A stretch of DNA of 64,000 nt from IMG/VR virus record IMGVR_UViG_3300027686_000002; one strand, 5' to 3'. Position numbers and translations under genes: made by a program. The notes beneath the pieces were generated by a model, which worked only from the letters and a program-made list of their open reading frames with translations, was not told the DNA's origin and searched no databases. Below, one piece after another: positions 9,022 through 18,717 of this stretch. Source of the stretch: an uncultured virus (IMG/VR IMGVR_UViG_3300027686_000002). Its lineage: Duplodnaviria > Heunggongvirae > Uroviricota > Caudoviricetes. How positions within the stretch are numbered: the first letter of the stretch is position 1; every line of letters begins with the position of its first letter.

Positions 9022-10366
9022 TTTAGATAGAATTTTAAAACTTGCTGGCCATGGCACAAGCAGAGCTCAAAGCCAGTCAAGCGATAGAGAAATAACACCA
9101 GAAGCAGTAGGCGATACAGCAGAAGGCGTTTGGGCATTATGCGACGAATTAGATTGTAGCGACCATCCAGTATTTAACGAATTAGTTCGTTATTTAGATG
9201 GCGACACACTTCAAGACTTTGTAGCAGACTTTAGACGTCATAACGAAATGCCAGAAAACCCAGAAATGGAATCTGTTGATCCTGAAGATGAAGATGAAAA
9301 TGATGATTTGTTTAAAGATGACGAGTTTACTGACATGGATGATGAAGATGAAGAAGAATTAAAAAAGCATTTTAATGAAGAGCCAAACGAAGGCAATGCT
9401 TTCTCAGGCGCACAAGTTGGTAAGCACAAAGGCGAAAAGTTTAAAGTAGCTGGTAAAGAATACACAAAAGAAGAAGACATGGTAGAAGGCACTTGGGCAG
9501 TTCCAGAAACTCCTGAGCAAATTGAAAAGCTAAAAGAAATAATGTCACAACCTTTACCTTGCGGTGAAGACGGTGATGGTGCTGCAGATGTAATGTACGG
9601 CATTTTAGGTGACGACGAATTATTTGATGAGTTTCATCAAATGTCAGTAGACTTAGGTCCTGACACAGATTGTAGACCAGCTATTCAAGCTAGACTTGTT
9701 GAACTAGGACTTATGGATCAACCAGAAGCAGAAGAAATGACAGAAGCATCTGGCGTATGTGAAGCATGCGGATGTCAAATTGACAATCCTAAACCAGGTT
9801 GCGAATGTACACATGATTCACATGATGCAGCTGGATCACATTGGGTAGCAGAATCAATATCTGATGAAGCTAAAGAGAAAGCACAGGACAGAGCAAAAAA
9901 CTACGAATCACCACGCGGTGAGAAGAAGAAGAAAGTTTCTGTAGCAAAGGCACCATGGGATAAAGAAGATTTAGATGAAGCACAAAGTCCAGCACAGAAA
10001 GCAGCGTTTGCAAAAATGCTAGCTTCTAAAGGTGGAAAAAAAGCAGATGATGCTGATGAAGATGAATCTAAAGATAAAGAAGATTTAGAAGAGTCTCCAA
10101 CAATGGACACTACACAGTTAATTACACTTATGAAGAACTCAGGTTTATCAGAAGAGAAAATTAAAACAAAATTAGACGAATGGGCAAATACCCCAGATGG
10201 AGCTGCTGAAGAAGCAGAAACATCACATGGTGACCCATATGAATATGCACAGAGTGTAAATTTAAGTCTTAAACGTTACTTAGATGCAGAAGACATGAAA
10301 GTAGGCTTAAAAGAGCATACAGTTGATGGTATCAAAGAAGCATATAACAAAGCAAAAAATAAATAA
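9014..10366 (+). CDS. Highly acidic, low-complexity prohead core/scaffold-like protein
   Basis: D/E-rich, multiple [ILMV]-x-E sites (MVE, MTE, VAE, LDE, LEE, LKE), N-terminal DRILKLAG motif. Confidence 0.5.
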   Translation: MSDLDRILKLAGHGTSRAQSQSSDREITPEAVGDTAEGVWALCDELDCSDHPVFNELVRYLDGDTLQDFVADFRRHNEMPENPEMESVDPEDEDENDDLFKDDEFTDMDDEDEEELKKHFNEEPNEGNAFSGAQVGKHKGEKFKVAGKEYTKEEDMVEGTWAVPETPEQIEKLKEIMSQPLPCGEDGDGAADVMYGILGDDELFDEFHQMSVDLGPDTDCRPAIQARLVELGLMDQPEAEEMTEASGVCEACGCQIDNPKPGCECTHDSHDAAGSHWVAESISDEAKEKAQDRAKNYESPRGEKKKKVSVAKAPWDKEDLDEAQSPAQKAAFAKMLASKGGKKADDADEDESKDKEDLEESPTMDTTQLITLMKNSGLSEEKIKTKLDEWANTPDGAAEEAETSHGDPYEYAQSVNLSLKRYLDAEDMKVGLKEHTVDGIKEAYNKAKNK

Positions 10367-10384
10367 AGACATCCCTCCCGAAAT

Positions 10385-10413
10385 AATAGCGTAACTTAGG
10401 TTACGCTATTTTT
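10385..10413 (+). terminator. Intrinsic terminator
   Basis: AATAGCGTAAC-TTAG-GTTACGCTATT-TTT. Confidence 0.8.
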
Positions 10414-10451
10414 CTTTATTAACTGCATAGTTTATTAAGGTAAATAGTAGT

Positions 10452-12008
10452 ATGGCAGTAGATACAAAATTAACTAAAACCCCTTATACAAAAGAAAAGT
10501 ATACAGAACAGCAAATACATGAACTTGCATTATGCTCGCAGTCTCCTAAACATTTTATGAAGGAACACTGTTATATTCAGCATCCTACAAAAGGACGTAT
10601 GAAATTTGCTCTATACGACTTCCAAGAAGAACTAGTAGACACATACCACAATAATAGATACAGCATTAGTATGCTTGCACGTCAAACAGGTAAATCAACT
10701 TGTGCGGCAGGATATTTACTTTGGTATGCTATGTTTAATCCAGACCAAACAATTCTTATTGCGGCACACAAATATTCAGGTGCTAGTGAAATTATGCAAC
10801 GTATTAGATTTGCGTACGAAACACTACCTGATTTCATTAGAGCTGGTGTTACTGCATATAACAAAGGATCGTTGGAATTTGATAACGGATCACGCATTGT
10901 AGCACAGAGTACAACAGAAAATACTGGACGTGGTTTGTCTATATCATTAGCATACTTAGACGAGTTTGCATTTGTGCGTCCTAACATTGCTAAAGAGTTT
11001 TGGACATCACTTTCGCCTACATTGGCAACAGGTGGTAAATGTATTATTACAAGTACACCAAACATGGACGATGATCAATTTGCACAAATTTGGAGAGATG
11101 CTAATAAGAATGCAGATGAGTATGGAAATGCAACAGCTCAAGGCATAAACGGATTTGCACACTACCTAGCATCATGGGAAGTACATCCAGATAGAGATGA
11201 AGACTGGGCAAATATAGAGCGTGGAAAAATTGGTGAAGAAAGATTTAGACGTGAACATAACTGTGAATTTATTGCGTTTGATGAGACACTAATTGATAGT
11301 ATTAAACTTAGTAATATGGAAGCACGTGATGCTTATGCAAAAGCAGGACAAGTTCGTTGGTATGCACCAGTAGCTAAAGGCAAGTTATATGTAATAGGAT
11401 TAGATCCTAGTTTAGGTACAGGAGGCGACAATGCAGCCATTGAAGTATACAGTATGCCAGGAATGAAACAGGTAGCTGAGTGGATGCACAATAGAACTAC
11501 AGTACAAGGTCAGATTAAAATTCTACGAGAAATATCACAATATATAGAAAGTGAAACGGGCGGCGACTGTGAAATATACTACAGTATGGAAAACAATACA
11601 TTAGGCGAAGCGGCATTAGTAGTTGTAGAAGAAACAGGAGAAGAGAACTTTCCTGGTACATTCCTAAGTGAAACAAGACAACATGGAAATGCTAAAAGAT
11701 ACAGACGAGGCTTTACTACTACACACAAAAGTAAAATTGCGGCATGTTCAAAATTAAAACATTGGATAGAAACAGAAAAAATAGAGATAGCAAGTAAACC
11801 ATTGCTACGTGAATTAAAAACATTTATTGCCAGAGGAAACAGCTATGCAGCCAAAGATGGCGAAACTGATGACTTAGTAATGGCATTAGCATTAATAGTA
11901 AGAATGAGCATGGAAGTATCAAAGTACGAAGAAAGTGCATTTGAATACTTAAATGAAGACTTTGACGACGAAGACGGAATGGAACCCATGCCGTTTAGCT
12001 TGTTATAG
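10452..12008 (+). CDS. terL: Terminase large subunit (T4 gp17-like)
   Basis: LYDFQ adenine motif, ARQTGKS Walker A, YLDEFAF Walker B, ITSTP, GLDPS and DDLVMA nuclease motifs. Confidence 0.95.
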   Translation: MAVDTKLTKTPYTKEKYTEQQIHELALCSQSPKHFMKEHCYIQHPTKGRMKFALYDFQEELVDTYHNNRYSISMLARQTGKSTCAAGYLLWYAMFNPDQTILIAAHKYSGASEIMQRIRFAYETLPDFIRAGVTAYNKGSLEFDNGSRIVAQSTTENTGRGLSISLAYLDEFAFVRPNIAKEFWTSLSPTLATGGKCIITSTPNMDDDQFAQIWRDANKNADEYGNATAQGINGFAHYLASWEVHPDRDEDWANIERGKIGEERFRREHNCEFIAFDETLIDSIKLSNMEARDAYAKAGQVRWYAPVAKGKLYVIGLDPSLGTGGDNAAIEVYSMPGMKQVAEWMHNRTTVQGQIKILREISQYIESETGGDCEIYYSMENNTLGEAALVVVEETGEENFPGTFLSETRQHGNAKRYRRGFTTTHKSKIAACSKLKHWIETEKIEIASKPLLRELKTFIARGNSYAAKDGETDDLVMALALIVRMSMEVSKYEESAFEYLNEDFDDEDGMEPMPFSLL

Positions 12009-12050
12009 TAAAAAAACATAATTAGATAAATACATTAAAGGAATACTACT

Positions 12051-13328
12051 ATGGAATTATCAACCGAAATCTTTAACATCTTAAAAGGTGCAAACATTAA
12101 ATTAAAAATGTTTGACTTTGGAGGAAACAAAACTTTAGACGCACAGAACTCAGCAAGGCTCTATGCATATGATGAAGATTTTCTAGTCACTATACGTATA
12201 GAAAATGACGAAGTTGAGGTTTTAGTTCAAGCAGGAGCGGATTTTAGCTTTAATAAGCATAAAGATTTATTAAGTAGTATCAAGAAAGCAGGACATAACG
12301 CTATGGCAGAATATACAATAAGAAAGTTTGATAAGAAAATAGTACCAAAAGATTTCGCACATGATACAGTATCAGAAGGATATGCACGTGCAACAGGTTC
12401 TATGAAAACAAGCTACATACAGTTACCCGAGTCAACTAGACTTGTAATTAAACACAGTAAGAGTGTTAATGAAGAAGTACGCGGTTCACGCTCACGTAAC
12501 ATACAAGCTATGTTTATTGAGAATTCAGCAGGCGAGAGATTCCGTTTCCCACACAAATATTTAAGTGGTGCTAAAGCTATGGCCAAGCACGTAAGTATGG
12601 GCGGAACACCATATGATGAGCTAGGTGAATCAATTTTAAGCATATGTAATGAAGTAACACAATGTAACCAGTTTTTACGTCATGTACGTTCAAACAAGCT
12701 AGTTACTGAAGCTAATCAAGACATTGTTGAAACAGTTAAAGCAAAACTAACAGAATTAAAGCATACAGTTAACAGTCTACAAACTGTTAAAGGATATGAT
12801 GGATATGCAGTAAAACCACAAGAAATCGTAGAAAATAGCGATTCAGAGGTTGACATCTCAGATAAGTTCATGTATAATACATTTAAGAATACAGATATGG
12901 ACGCTGTATTAGAAACCGTAGCACGAATTATAAAGGAGAAAGATAGCATGACAGACCTAACTAAGCAATATTTTGATCGTTTAATGGAAATGATTAAAGG
13001 TAAGGAAGATTTTAAGCTAACAATTGATCCAAATGATCCAGAACATCCTGATAATGAAGATCCAGTAAAATACTCAGGTGGAATGGGTGCAATGGCAAAA
13101 CTAAGCAGTATGTTATCATACCTTGCTATGTGTAGTAAGAATGATGAAGCATTTAACATATTATCACATATTGGCTCAGAGCTACATAACTTGCCTCAAA
13201 AACATGTTATTTTGCTTGCTAAGATATGTAAGTACTTGGATTCAAACTACAATGCAGAACCCCAAGCACAACCAGCTGAATCACTAGATGAGTCAGTACT
13301 AAACGAATTACGTAGAAAGGTTGCATAA
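12051..13328 (+). CDS. Conserved hypothetical protein, probably virion/head-associated
   Basis: Late promoter at 12027, AAGGA RBS, many x-x-E sites (VSE, VNE, VTE, LDE, LNE). Confidence 0.5.
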   Translation: MELSTEIFNILKGANIKLKMFDFGGNKTLDAQNSARLYAYDEDFLVTIRIENDEVEVLVQAGADFSFNKHKDLLSSIKKAGHNAMAEYTIRKFDKKIVPKDFAHDTVSEGYARATGSMKTSYIQLPESTRLVIKHSKSVNEEVRGSRSRNIQAMFIENSAGERFRFPHKYLSGAKAMAKHVSMGGTPYDELGESILSICNEVTQCNQFLRHVRSNKLVTEANQDIVETVKAKLTELKHTVNSLQTVKGYDGYAVKPQEIVENSDSEVDISDKFMYNTFKNTDMDAVLETVARIIKEKDSMTDLTKQYFDRLMEMIKGKEDFKLTIDPNDPEHPDNEDPVKYSGGMGAMAKLSSMLSYLAMCSKNDEAFNILSHIGSELHNLPQKHVILLAKICKYLDSNYNAEPQAQPAESLDESVLNELRRKVA

Positions 13329-13356
13329 TTATTTGCAATCTTTTTTGTAAAAACAC

Positions 13357-13385
13357 TTGACAGTAGGTGTAAGATATTATATACT
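13357..13385 (+). promoter_or_regulatory. Sigma70-type promoter for the gp32-uvsX-uvsY operon
   Basis: TTGACA-17 nt-TATACT. Confidence 0.8.
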
Positions 13386-13494
13386 GTAAAGGCTAACAAA
13401 GGCAAAACAAGTAACTAACGAGAGGTTAGTTGCTAAACAAAGTGGAACGATACTGTTCCGCTACAAATAAAGGCTAAAATAGGAGAAACTAATA

Positions 13495-14553
13495 ATGGCA
13501 TCTTTAGCAGACATCCGTGCAAAATTACAGGCACAAGATAAAAAGAGTTCAGGCTCTAGTAATAGCGGCGGCGACAACGCAATATTCGCACACTGGAACA
13601 TTCCAGAAGGCACTTCAGCCACGTTGCGATTCCTCCCAGACGCAGACGAAGACAACACTTTCTTTTGGAAAGAACGTCAAATGATTCGTCTACAGTTTCC
13701 AGGAGTAAAAGGTGGAGACGAAAATAAACCAGTAACAGTACAAGTTCCTTGTGTGGAAATGTGGGGCGATCAATGTCCTGTACACGCAGAAATTCGTCCT
13801 TGGTTTAAAGATCCATCTATGGAAGACATGGGTCGTAAGTATTGGAAAAAGCGTTCGTATATTTTCCAAGGCTTTGTACCACAAAGTGAAATGCAGGAAG
13901 ACTCAGTACCTGAGAATCCTATTAGGCGTTTCGTAATCTCACCACAGATCTATAAGATCATTAGTTCAGCACTGATGGATCCTGAGTTTCAGGAAATTCC
14001 AACAGACTATGAAGCTGGTACTGATTTCACAATTAAGAAATCTACCAAGGGTCAATATGCTGACTACTCAACATCGAATTGGGCTCGTAGGGAGCGTAGT
14101 TTAGATCAAGCAGAACGTGATGCAATTGCAACACATGGCTTGTATAATCTAAATGATTATCTTCCTAAGAAGCCAGATGCTGAAGCACTAAATGCTATCT
14201 TCGAAATGTTTGAAGCTAGTGTTGATGGGCAATTGTACGATCCAGCACGTTTTGCAACGTTCTATCGTCCATATGGAGTTGATGCACCTGCACAAGGTAC
14301 AGCACCAGCACCAGCACCCGCTCCGGCAGCACCAATTGCTCCAACAGCACCAATTGCTCCTGCACCAATAGTAGAAGCAGTTCCTACAGCACCTGCACCA
14401 GTTGCACCTGTAGCGGCACCAGTAGCGCCTCCGGCGGCAGTAGCAACTCCAGAACCAGCAATGGCAATGGCAGCAGCGGCACCCGAAGTAACTACTACTG
14501 ATGCACCGAGTGCCCAGGACATTTTGGCAGCAATTCGTAACCGAAAGCAATAA
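13495..14553 (+). CDS. Single-stranded DNA-binding protein (T4 gp32-like) with Pro/Ala-rich C-terminal linker
   Basis: ATLRFLPD, CPV, YWKKRSY, GTDFTIKK..YADYSTS core; upstream of uvsX. Confidence 0.9.
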   Translation: MASLADIRAKLQAQDKKSSGSSNSGGDNAIFAHWNIPEGTSATLRFLPDADEDNTFFWKERQMIRLQFPGVKGGDENKPVTVQVPCVEMWGDQCPVHAEIRPWFKDPSMEDMGRKYWKKRSYIFQGFVPQSEMQEDSVPENPIRRFVISPQIYKIISSALMDPEFQEIPTDYEAGTDFTIKKSTKGQYADYSTSNWARRERSLDQAERDAIATHGLYNLNDYLPKKPDAEALNAIFEMFEASVDGQLYDPARFATFYRPYGVDAPAQGTAPAPAPAPAAPIAPTAPIAPAPIVEAVPTAPAPVAPVAAPVAPPAAVATPEPAMAMAAAAPEVTTTDAPSAQDILAAIRNRKQ

Positions 14554-14624
14554 GCTAAAATAAACATTATGAATGTACAGTGGCATAATAGTTGCTGTAC
14601 ATTTATTAATTAAAGGAGAAAACT

Positions 14625-15734
14625 ATGGCGAGACCATTTGACGTAAGTAAATTCCGTAAAGCTATTACAAAAAGCGTACCAGGACTAAGTGTTGGATTCA
14701 ACGACCCTGATACATGGATTAGTACCGGAAATTACACACTAAACAAACTTATCAGTGGAGAGTTTACTAAAGGAATTCCACTAGGTAAAGTAACAGTACT
14801 TGCAGGCGAAAGTGGTGCAGGTAAATCATATATTGCCGCAGGCAATGTAGTAAAGGCGGCGCAGGATCAAGGCATTTTTGTTATCTTAATTGACTCAGAA
14901 AACGCACTTGATGAGAAATGGCTACATGCACTTGATGTAGACACTACACCTGATAAACTACTAAAACTAAACATGTCAATGATTGATGACGTTGCTAAAA
15001 CAGTTAGTGACTTTATGAAAGACTACAAAGCAGAATACGCTGATAAGGCCGATGAAGAACGTCCTAAAGTGTTATTTGTAGTTGATTCACTGGGTATGCT
15101 ACTAACACCTACTGATGTTGATCAGTTTCAAAAAGGTGATATGAAAGGTGACATGGGTCGTAAACCTAAAGCACTTACATCATTAGTACGTAACACAGTT
15201 AATATGTTTGGACAATACAACGTAGGGCTATTAGCAACTAATCACACTTATGCATCACAAGATATGTTTGACCCAGATGACAAGATCTCAGGCGGACAGG
15301 GCTTTATATATGCATCAAGTATTGTTATTGCTATGCGTAAACTAAAACTTAAAACAGACGCAGACGGAAATAAAACTTCTCAAGTACATGGTATTCGTGC
15401 CGCTTGTAAAGTAATGAAAACACGTTATTCTAAGCCGTTTGAAAGTGTGCAAGTTGAAATCCCATACGAAACAGGTATGTCACCATACAGTGGCTTAACT
15501 GACTTTTTTGAAGCTAAAGAATTGCTAAAGAAAAGTGGAAACAGTTTAGAGTACATTAGCCCGGTAACTGGCGAAGTAATTAAAATGTTCCGTAAGCCTT
15601 GGAATCTTAACAAAGATGGAGCACTTGACTTAGTCATGTCAGAGTATGATGATGAAAGAGTTGATGCCCCAATTGAAGAAGACGATTTAATTGAACACAA
15701 TGAAACCGAGGAGGTTGTAAATGAATCTATCTGA
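14625..15734 (+). CDS. uvsX: RecA-like recombinase
   Basis: ISTGNYTLN, GESGAGKS Walker A, IDSENAL, VVDSLG, ISGGQG, KTRYSKPF. Confidence 0.95.
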   Translation: MARPFDVSKFRKAITKSVPGLSVGFNDPDTWISTGNYTLNKLISGEFTKGIPLGKVTVLAGESGAGKSYIAAGNVVKAAQDQGIFVILIDSENALDEKWLHALDVDTTPDKLLKLNMSMIDDVAKTVSDFMKDYKAEYADKADEERPKVLFVVDSLGMLLTPTDVDQFQKGDMKGDMGRKPKALTSLVRNTVNMFGQYNVGLLATNHTYASQDMFDPDDKISGGQGFIYASSIVIAMRKLKLKTDADGNKTSQVHGIRAACKVMKTRYSKPFESVQVEIPYETGMSPYSGLTDFFEAKELLKKSGNSLEYISPVTGEVIKMFRKPWNLNKDGALDLVMSEYDDERVDAPIEEDDLIEHNETEEVVNESI

Positions 15735-15990
15735 TGGAGATTTTGAGTTTATTTTTAACATGTACGACGAAGCTACGCACTTTATTCACGATAAGGATAA
15801 GCCCGAGTTTGCATCTAAAGTCATTCTACAACTAGCTGATTATGGGTTTGATATTAAGCCTGCAATTAAAGAGATCTCTGATCATTGTGAGTTTTTAGGC
15901 GATGCTATGGATTCTTGGTTAGAAGCAGAAGAAGAGGATGAACCTATCTTTGACGAGTATAATGAAGACGATGAAAGTGAAGACTACTAA
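15721..15990 (+). CDS. Hypothetical acidic protein
   Basis: GGAGG RBS, overlaps uvsX stop and uvsY start. Confidence 0.65.
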   Translation: MNLSDGDFEFIFNMYDEATHFIHDKDKPEFASKVILQLADYGFDIKPAIKEISDHCEFLGDAMDSWLEAEEEDEPIFDEYNEDDESEDY

Positions 15991-16448
15991 TGAGTGCTTG
16001 GTATCGTAAAGTTACACAGAACCTGGGAGAGATAGTTTCGGCTATCTCTTTCTTCGAACAACAAATCGAAGAAGGCAGGTTTGAATGTAGTATGAAAGGT
16101 GTGCTTGAGCGTCAAAGCAGAGACATGCCCGGTATCGTTGAGTATCGCTTTAATCAACTACAAGAAGTTGAAGCGATACTTGAATTCCTTCACACAGAAA
16201 TGCGTAAACTTAGATCACGCACATTTCGCAAGTTTTTAGAAAATTACAATAAAGCACTTAGTTCACGTGATGCAGAGAAGTATGTAGATGGTGAACAAGA
16301 AGTAGTAGACATGCAGTATTTGATTAACGACTTTAGCTTAGTACGTAACAAGTACATTGGTATTATTAAAGCATTAGAAGCTAAAGGCTTTCAGATTAAT
16401 AATATTGTTAAATTACGAGCAGCCGGATTAGAAGACATTTCATTATAG
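15990..16448 (+). CDS. uvsY: Recombination mediator (UvsY-like)
   Basis: Coiled coil ending IKALEAKGFQINNIVKLRAAG, as in UvsY; operon with uvsX. Confidence 0.8.
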   Translation: MSAWYRKVTQNLGEIVSAISFFEQQIEEGRFECSMKGVLERQSRDMPGIVEYRFNQLQEVEAILEFLHTEMRKLRSRTFRKFLENYNKALSSRDAEKYVDGEQEVVDMQYLINDFSLVRNKYIGIIKALEAKGFQINNIVKLRAAGLEDISL

Positions 16449-16461
16449 TCTAAATTAAAGG

Positions 16462-16490
16462 TTGACAAGTAAGATATCTTACCGTATAAT
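16462..16490 (+). promoter_or_regulatory. Early sigma70 promoter with palindromic operator in spacer
   Basis: TTGACA-AGTAAGATATCTTACCG-TATAAT; perfect 14-bp palindrome GTAAGATATCTTAC. Confidence 0.9.
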
Positions 16491-16521
16491 GTATATATAA
16501 GTCAGAAACGGAGTATATGAT

Positions 16522-17229
16522 ATGAAAAAAGTTCCTTACCCTTCAGTTACAGTACATGATGTAATGTGTGTAGCTATCAAAGTACACGAAAAGCAAGGTT
16601 TTATCCGCAGTGGTCAAGGGTATATTGACACAACTACCGATTCTGAAACAGAAGTAAGAATTGAGGACAATAAGTCTGAAATTGGAAAAATTCTATCTTC
16701 AAAGGCAAGAACTACAGCAATTGTAAATGAGTACTCATCAAAGGGTACAGACTTAGTTGATCACATTAACGGCAAACTTATGATTAAGAAGATGACTAAT
16801 AATCTTAACAACTTTGAAGCTAATGTTGTTAAAGCATTGTCAGAAGCTGATGTAAGTAAGTTTTCTGTTAGTATTATTGCTAGCTTGCCACATAGTGTTA
16901 CAGTTGATAAAAAACGTGAAGTAGTAGCTGATAAAATGGTTTCTTTGAAGCACAGTAGCCAATACTTTGGTGAGAAGTCTAAACGTTACGATCTTGCTGT
17001 AGAAGTGCTAGATGTTAAATTTATACAATCTAGTAACATTTACATGATATCTGCATGTTACATGGGTAAAGACATTATTAAGTTTTGGTGGAGAGATCAA
17101 CCAGATATTAGCGACATTGTTGCTGATAGAGTTATTAAGATACGAGGCACAGTTAAGAACCATGAAGTGTCAAAGTACTCAGATTCTAAAGAAACTATGT
17201 TAAACCGGGTAAAAATCCTAGCATTATAG
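16522..17229 (+). CDS. Hypothetical early protein with probable C-terminal OB-fold
   Basis: YFGEKSKRYDLAVEV...KIRGTVKNH...ETMLNRVK beta pattern; GGAG RBS. Confidence 0.5.
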   Translation: MKKVPYPSVTVHDVMCVAIKVHEKQGFIRSGQGYIDTTTDSETEVRIEDNKSEIGKILSSKARTTAIVNEYSSKGTDLVDHINGKLMIKKMTNNLNNFEANVVKALSEADVSKFSVSIIASLPHSVTVDKKREVVADKMVSLKHSSQYFGEKSKRYDLAVEVLDVKFIQSSNIYMISACYMGKDIIKFWWRDQPDISDIVADRVIKIRGTVKNHEVSKYSDSKETMLNRVKILAL

Positions 17230-17243
17230 GGGTTTATTAAAGG

Positions 17244-17272
17244 TTGACATATTCCCCGATTAATAGTATTAT
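17244..17272 (+). promoter_or_regulatory. Sigma70 promoter without operator palindrome
   Basis: TTGACA-17 nt-TATTAT. Confidence 0.7.
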
Positions 17273-17325
17273 ATACTTAACTTAACAGACAAACAGTTTG
17301 TTACAAACTAAAAGGAAGTAATAAT

Positions 17326-17586
17326 ATGAAAAATAAAAAAGCAGTAGGAACTAAGTTCTTTAAAGAAGGAACACAAAACCAACAAATCCTAGCAAGATTC
17401 TGGGGTACTGGTAAAACGTTTACTATGGACAGTCTAAGAGATAAATTAGACATCGCATCTCCGGGTGCTAGACTATCTGAATTAAGAGACATGGGCTTTA
17501 ATGTTAGAGCTACAGCTATTTCAGAAGGTAACGTTGGCAGATCTGCTAACGAGTACACTATATCTAAAAAAAGAGTAGCAGTATAA
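17326..17586 (+). CDS. Small winged helix-turn-helix DNA-binding protein
   Basis: QQILARF..TFTMDSLRDKLDIASPGARLSELRDMGFNV..EYTI helix-helix-wing pattern; basic termini. Confidence 0.7.
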   Translation: MKNKKAVGTKFFKEGTQNQQILARFWGTGKTFTMDSLRDKLDIASPGARLSELRDMGFNVRATAISEGNVGRSANEYTISKKRVAV

Positions 17587-17676
17587 TACTTACAACAATT
17601 GGGCCGTCCTTTTGGACTGGCCCAATCGTATGAATAAACTAATCAAAAAAAGATTAAAATAATTGCAATATACCGG

Positions 17677-17705
17677 TTGACAAGTAAGACTTCTTACTGT
17701 ATACT
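17677..17705 (+). promoter_or_regulatory. Early sigma70 promoter with palindromic operator
   Basis: TTGACA-AGTAAGACTTCTTACTG-TATACT. Confidence 0.9.
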
Positions 17706-17757
17706 TAGTATATAAAGTTAGTTAATTGAAGTAAACAAAAGAACAGGAGTTCAAAAT

Positions 17758-18636
17758 ATGTCGAAAACAATGCAACTTAAGAAAGCTCGTAAAGATCGTA
17801 AAGGCGAGACAATTATTGAAGTACTTCCAAATAACGTTGTAGACAATCCCAAAGAAACAGACGCTCAGATTATTGAACGTATGCGTGAACGTTTCCAAAT
17901 ACTAGACGATATGACACAAGCATCAATTGATGGTGTTGTACGTGGTATGGTTGTAACGGGTCCTCCAGGAGTTGGTAAGTCATATGGTGTTGAACAAGTT
18001 CTAGAAAAGAATAGTTTGTTTGATGTCCTTGCTAACAATAAATTACGTTTTGAAGTTATTAAAGGTGCTAGTAGTGCAATTGGTTTGTACAAAGTACTTT
18101 ACAATAATGCAGACAAAAACAGTGTTCTTGTGTTAGATGATTGTGATACAGTATTGTATGATGAGACATCGCTTAACTTGCTAAAGGCAGCACTTGACTC
18201 ATGTAAGAAGCGTAAGCTATGCTGGAATACAGATAGTGCATTACTACGTAGGGAAGGTATTCCAGATACTTTTGAATTCCAAGGTAGTGTAATTTTTATT
18301 ACTAACCTTAAGTTTGATAATGTACGTGGTAAAATTAAAGATCACTTAGCGGCAATCATGTCACGTTGTCATTACTTAGATCTTACAATGGATACTACAC
18401 GTGAAAAAGTATTACGTTGTAAGCAGATTGTTGCAGATGGCATGCTTAATGAGTATGACTTTACAGCAGAAGAAGAAACAGACATAATGGACTTTATGAT
18501 TAGTAACAAAGAAAAGATGCGTGAAATATCATTGCGTATGGTTACTAAATTAGCAGACTTGAAAAAGAGCTTCGGTTCTGAGAAGTGGAAACGTACTGCA
18601 GAAGTTACATGTATGCGTAGGGTTGCTGTTGTATAG
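17758..18636 (+). CDS. AAA+ ATPase of unknown function
   Basis: GPPGVGKS Walker A, LVLDDCD Walker B, IFITN sensor-1, AIMSRC arginine finger. Confidence 0.85.
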   Translation: MSKTMQLKKARKDRKGETIIEVLPNNVVDNPKETDAQIIERMRERFQILDDMTQASIDGVVRGMVVTGPPGVGKSYGVEQVLEKNSLFDVLANNKLRFEVIKGASSAIGLYKVLYNNADKNSVLVLDDCDTVLYDETSLNLLKAALDSCKKRKLCWNTDSALLRREGIPDTFEFQGSVIFITNLKFDNVRGKIKDHLAAIMSRCHYLDLTMDTTREKVLRCKQIVADGMLNEYDFTAEEETDIMDFMISNKEKMREISLRMVTKLADLKKSFGSEKWKRTAEVTCMRRVAVV

Positions 18637-18648
18637 CTTCTAAATTAG

Positions 18649-18671
18649 AAAAGCCCTTCGGGGCTTTTTTT
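18649..18671 (+). terminator. Intrinsic terminator with UUCG tetraloop
   Basis: AAAAGCCC-TTCG-GGGCTTTTTTT. Confidence 0.9.
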
Positions 18672-18682
18672 GTGACTACCAC

Positions 18683-18711
18683 TTGACTTTCCTTAACAAT
18701 TAGTGTATTAT
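18683..18711 (+). promoter_or_regulatory. Sigma70 promoter, probable leaderless transcript of uvsW
   Basis: TTGACT-17 nt-TATTAT; ATG begins 7 nt after the last base of the -10. Confidence 0.7.
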
Positions 18712-18717
18712 AATAGT

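Noticed and set aside
14188..14586. Cys-rich and Gly/Ala-rich antisense ORFs, and the many other short antisense or nested ORFs in the track
   Set aside because: Shadows of sense-strand codon bias (here GCACCA repeats in gp32); no RBS or promoter. Only 22675..23046, 51644..52645 and 52633..52944 have minus-strand signals
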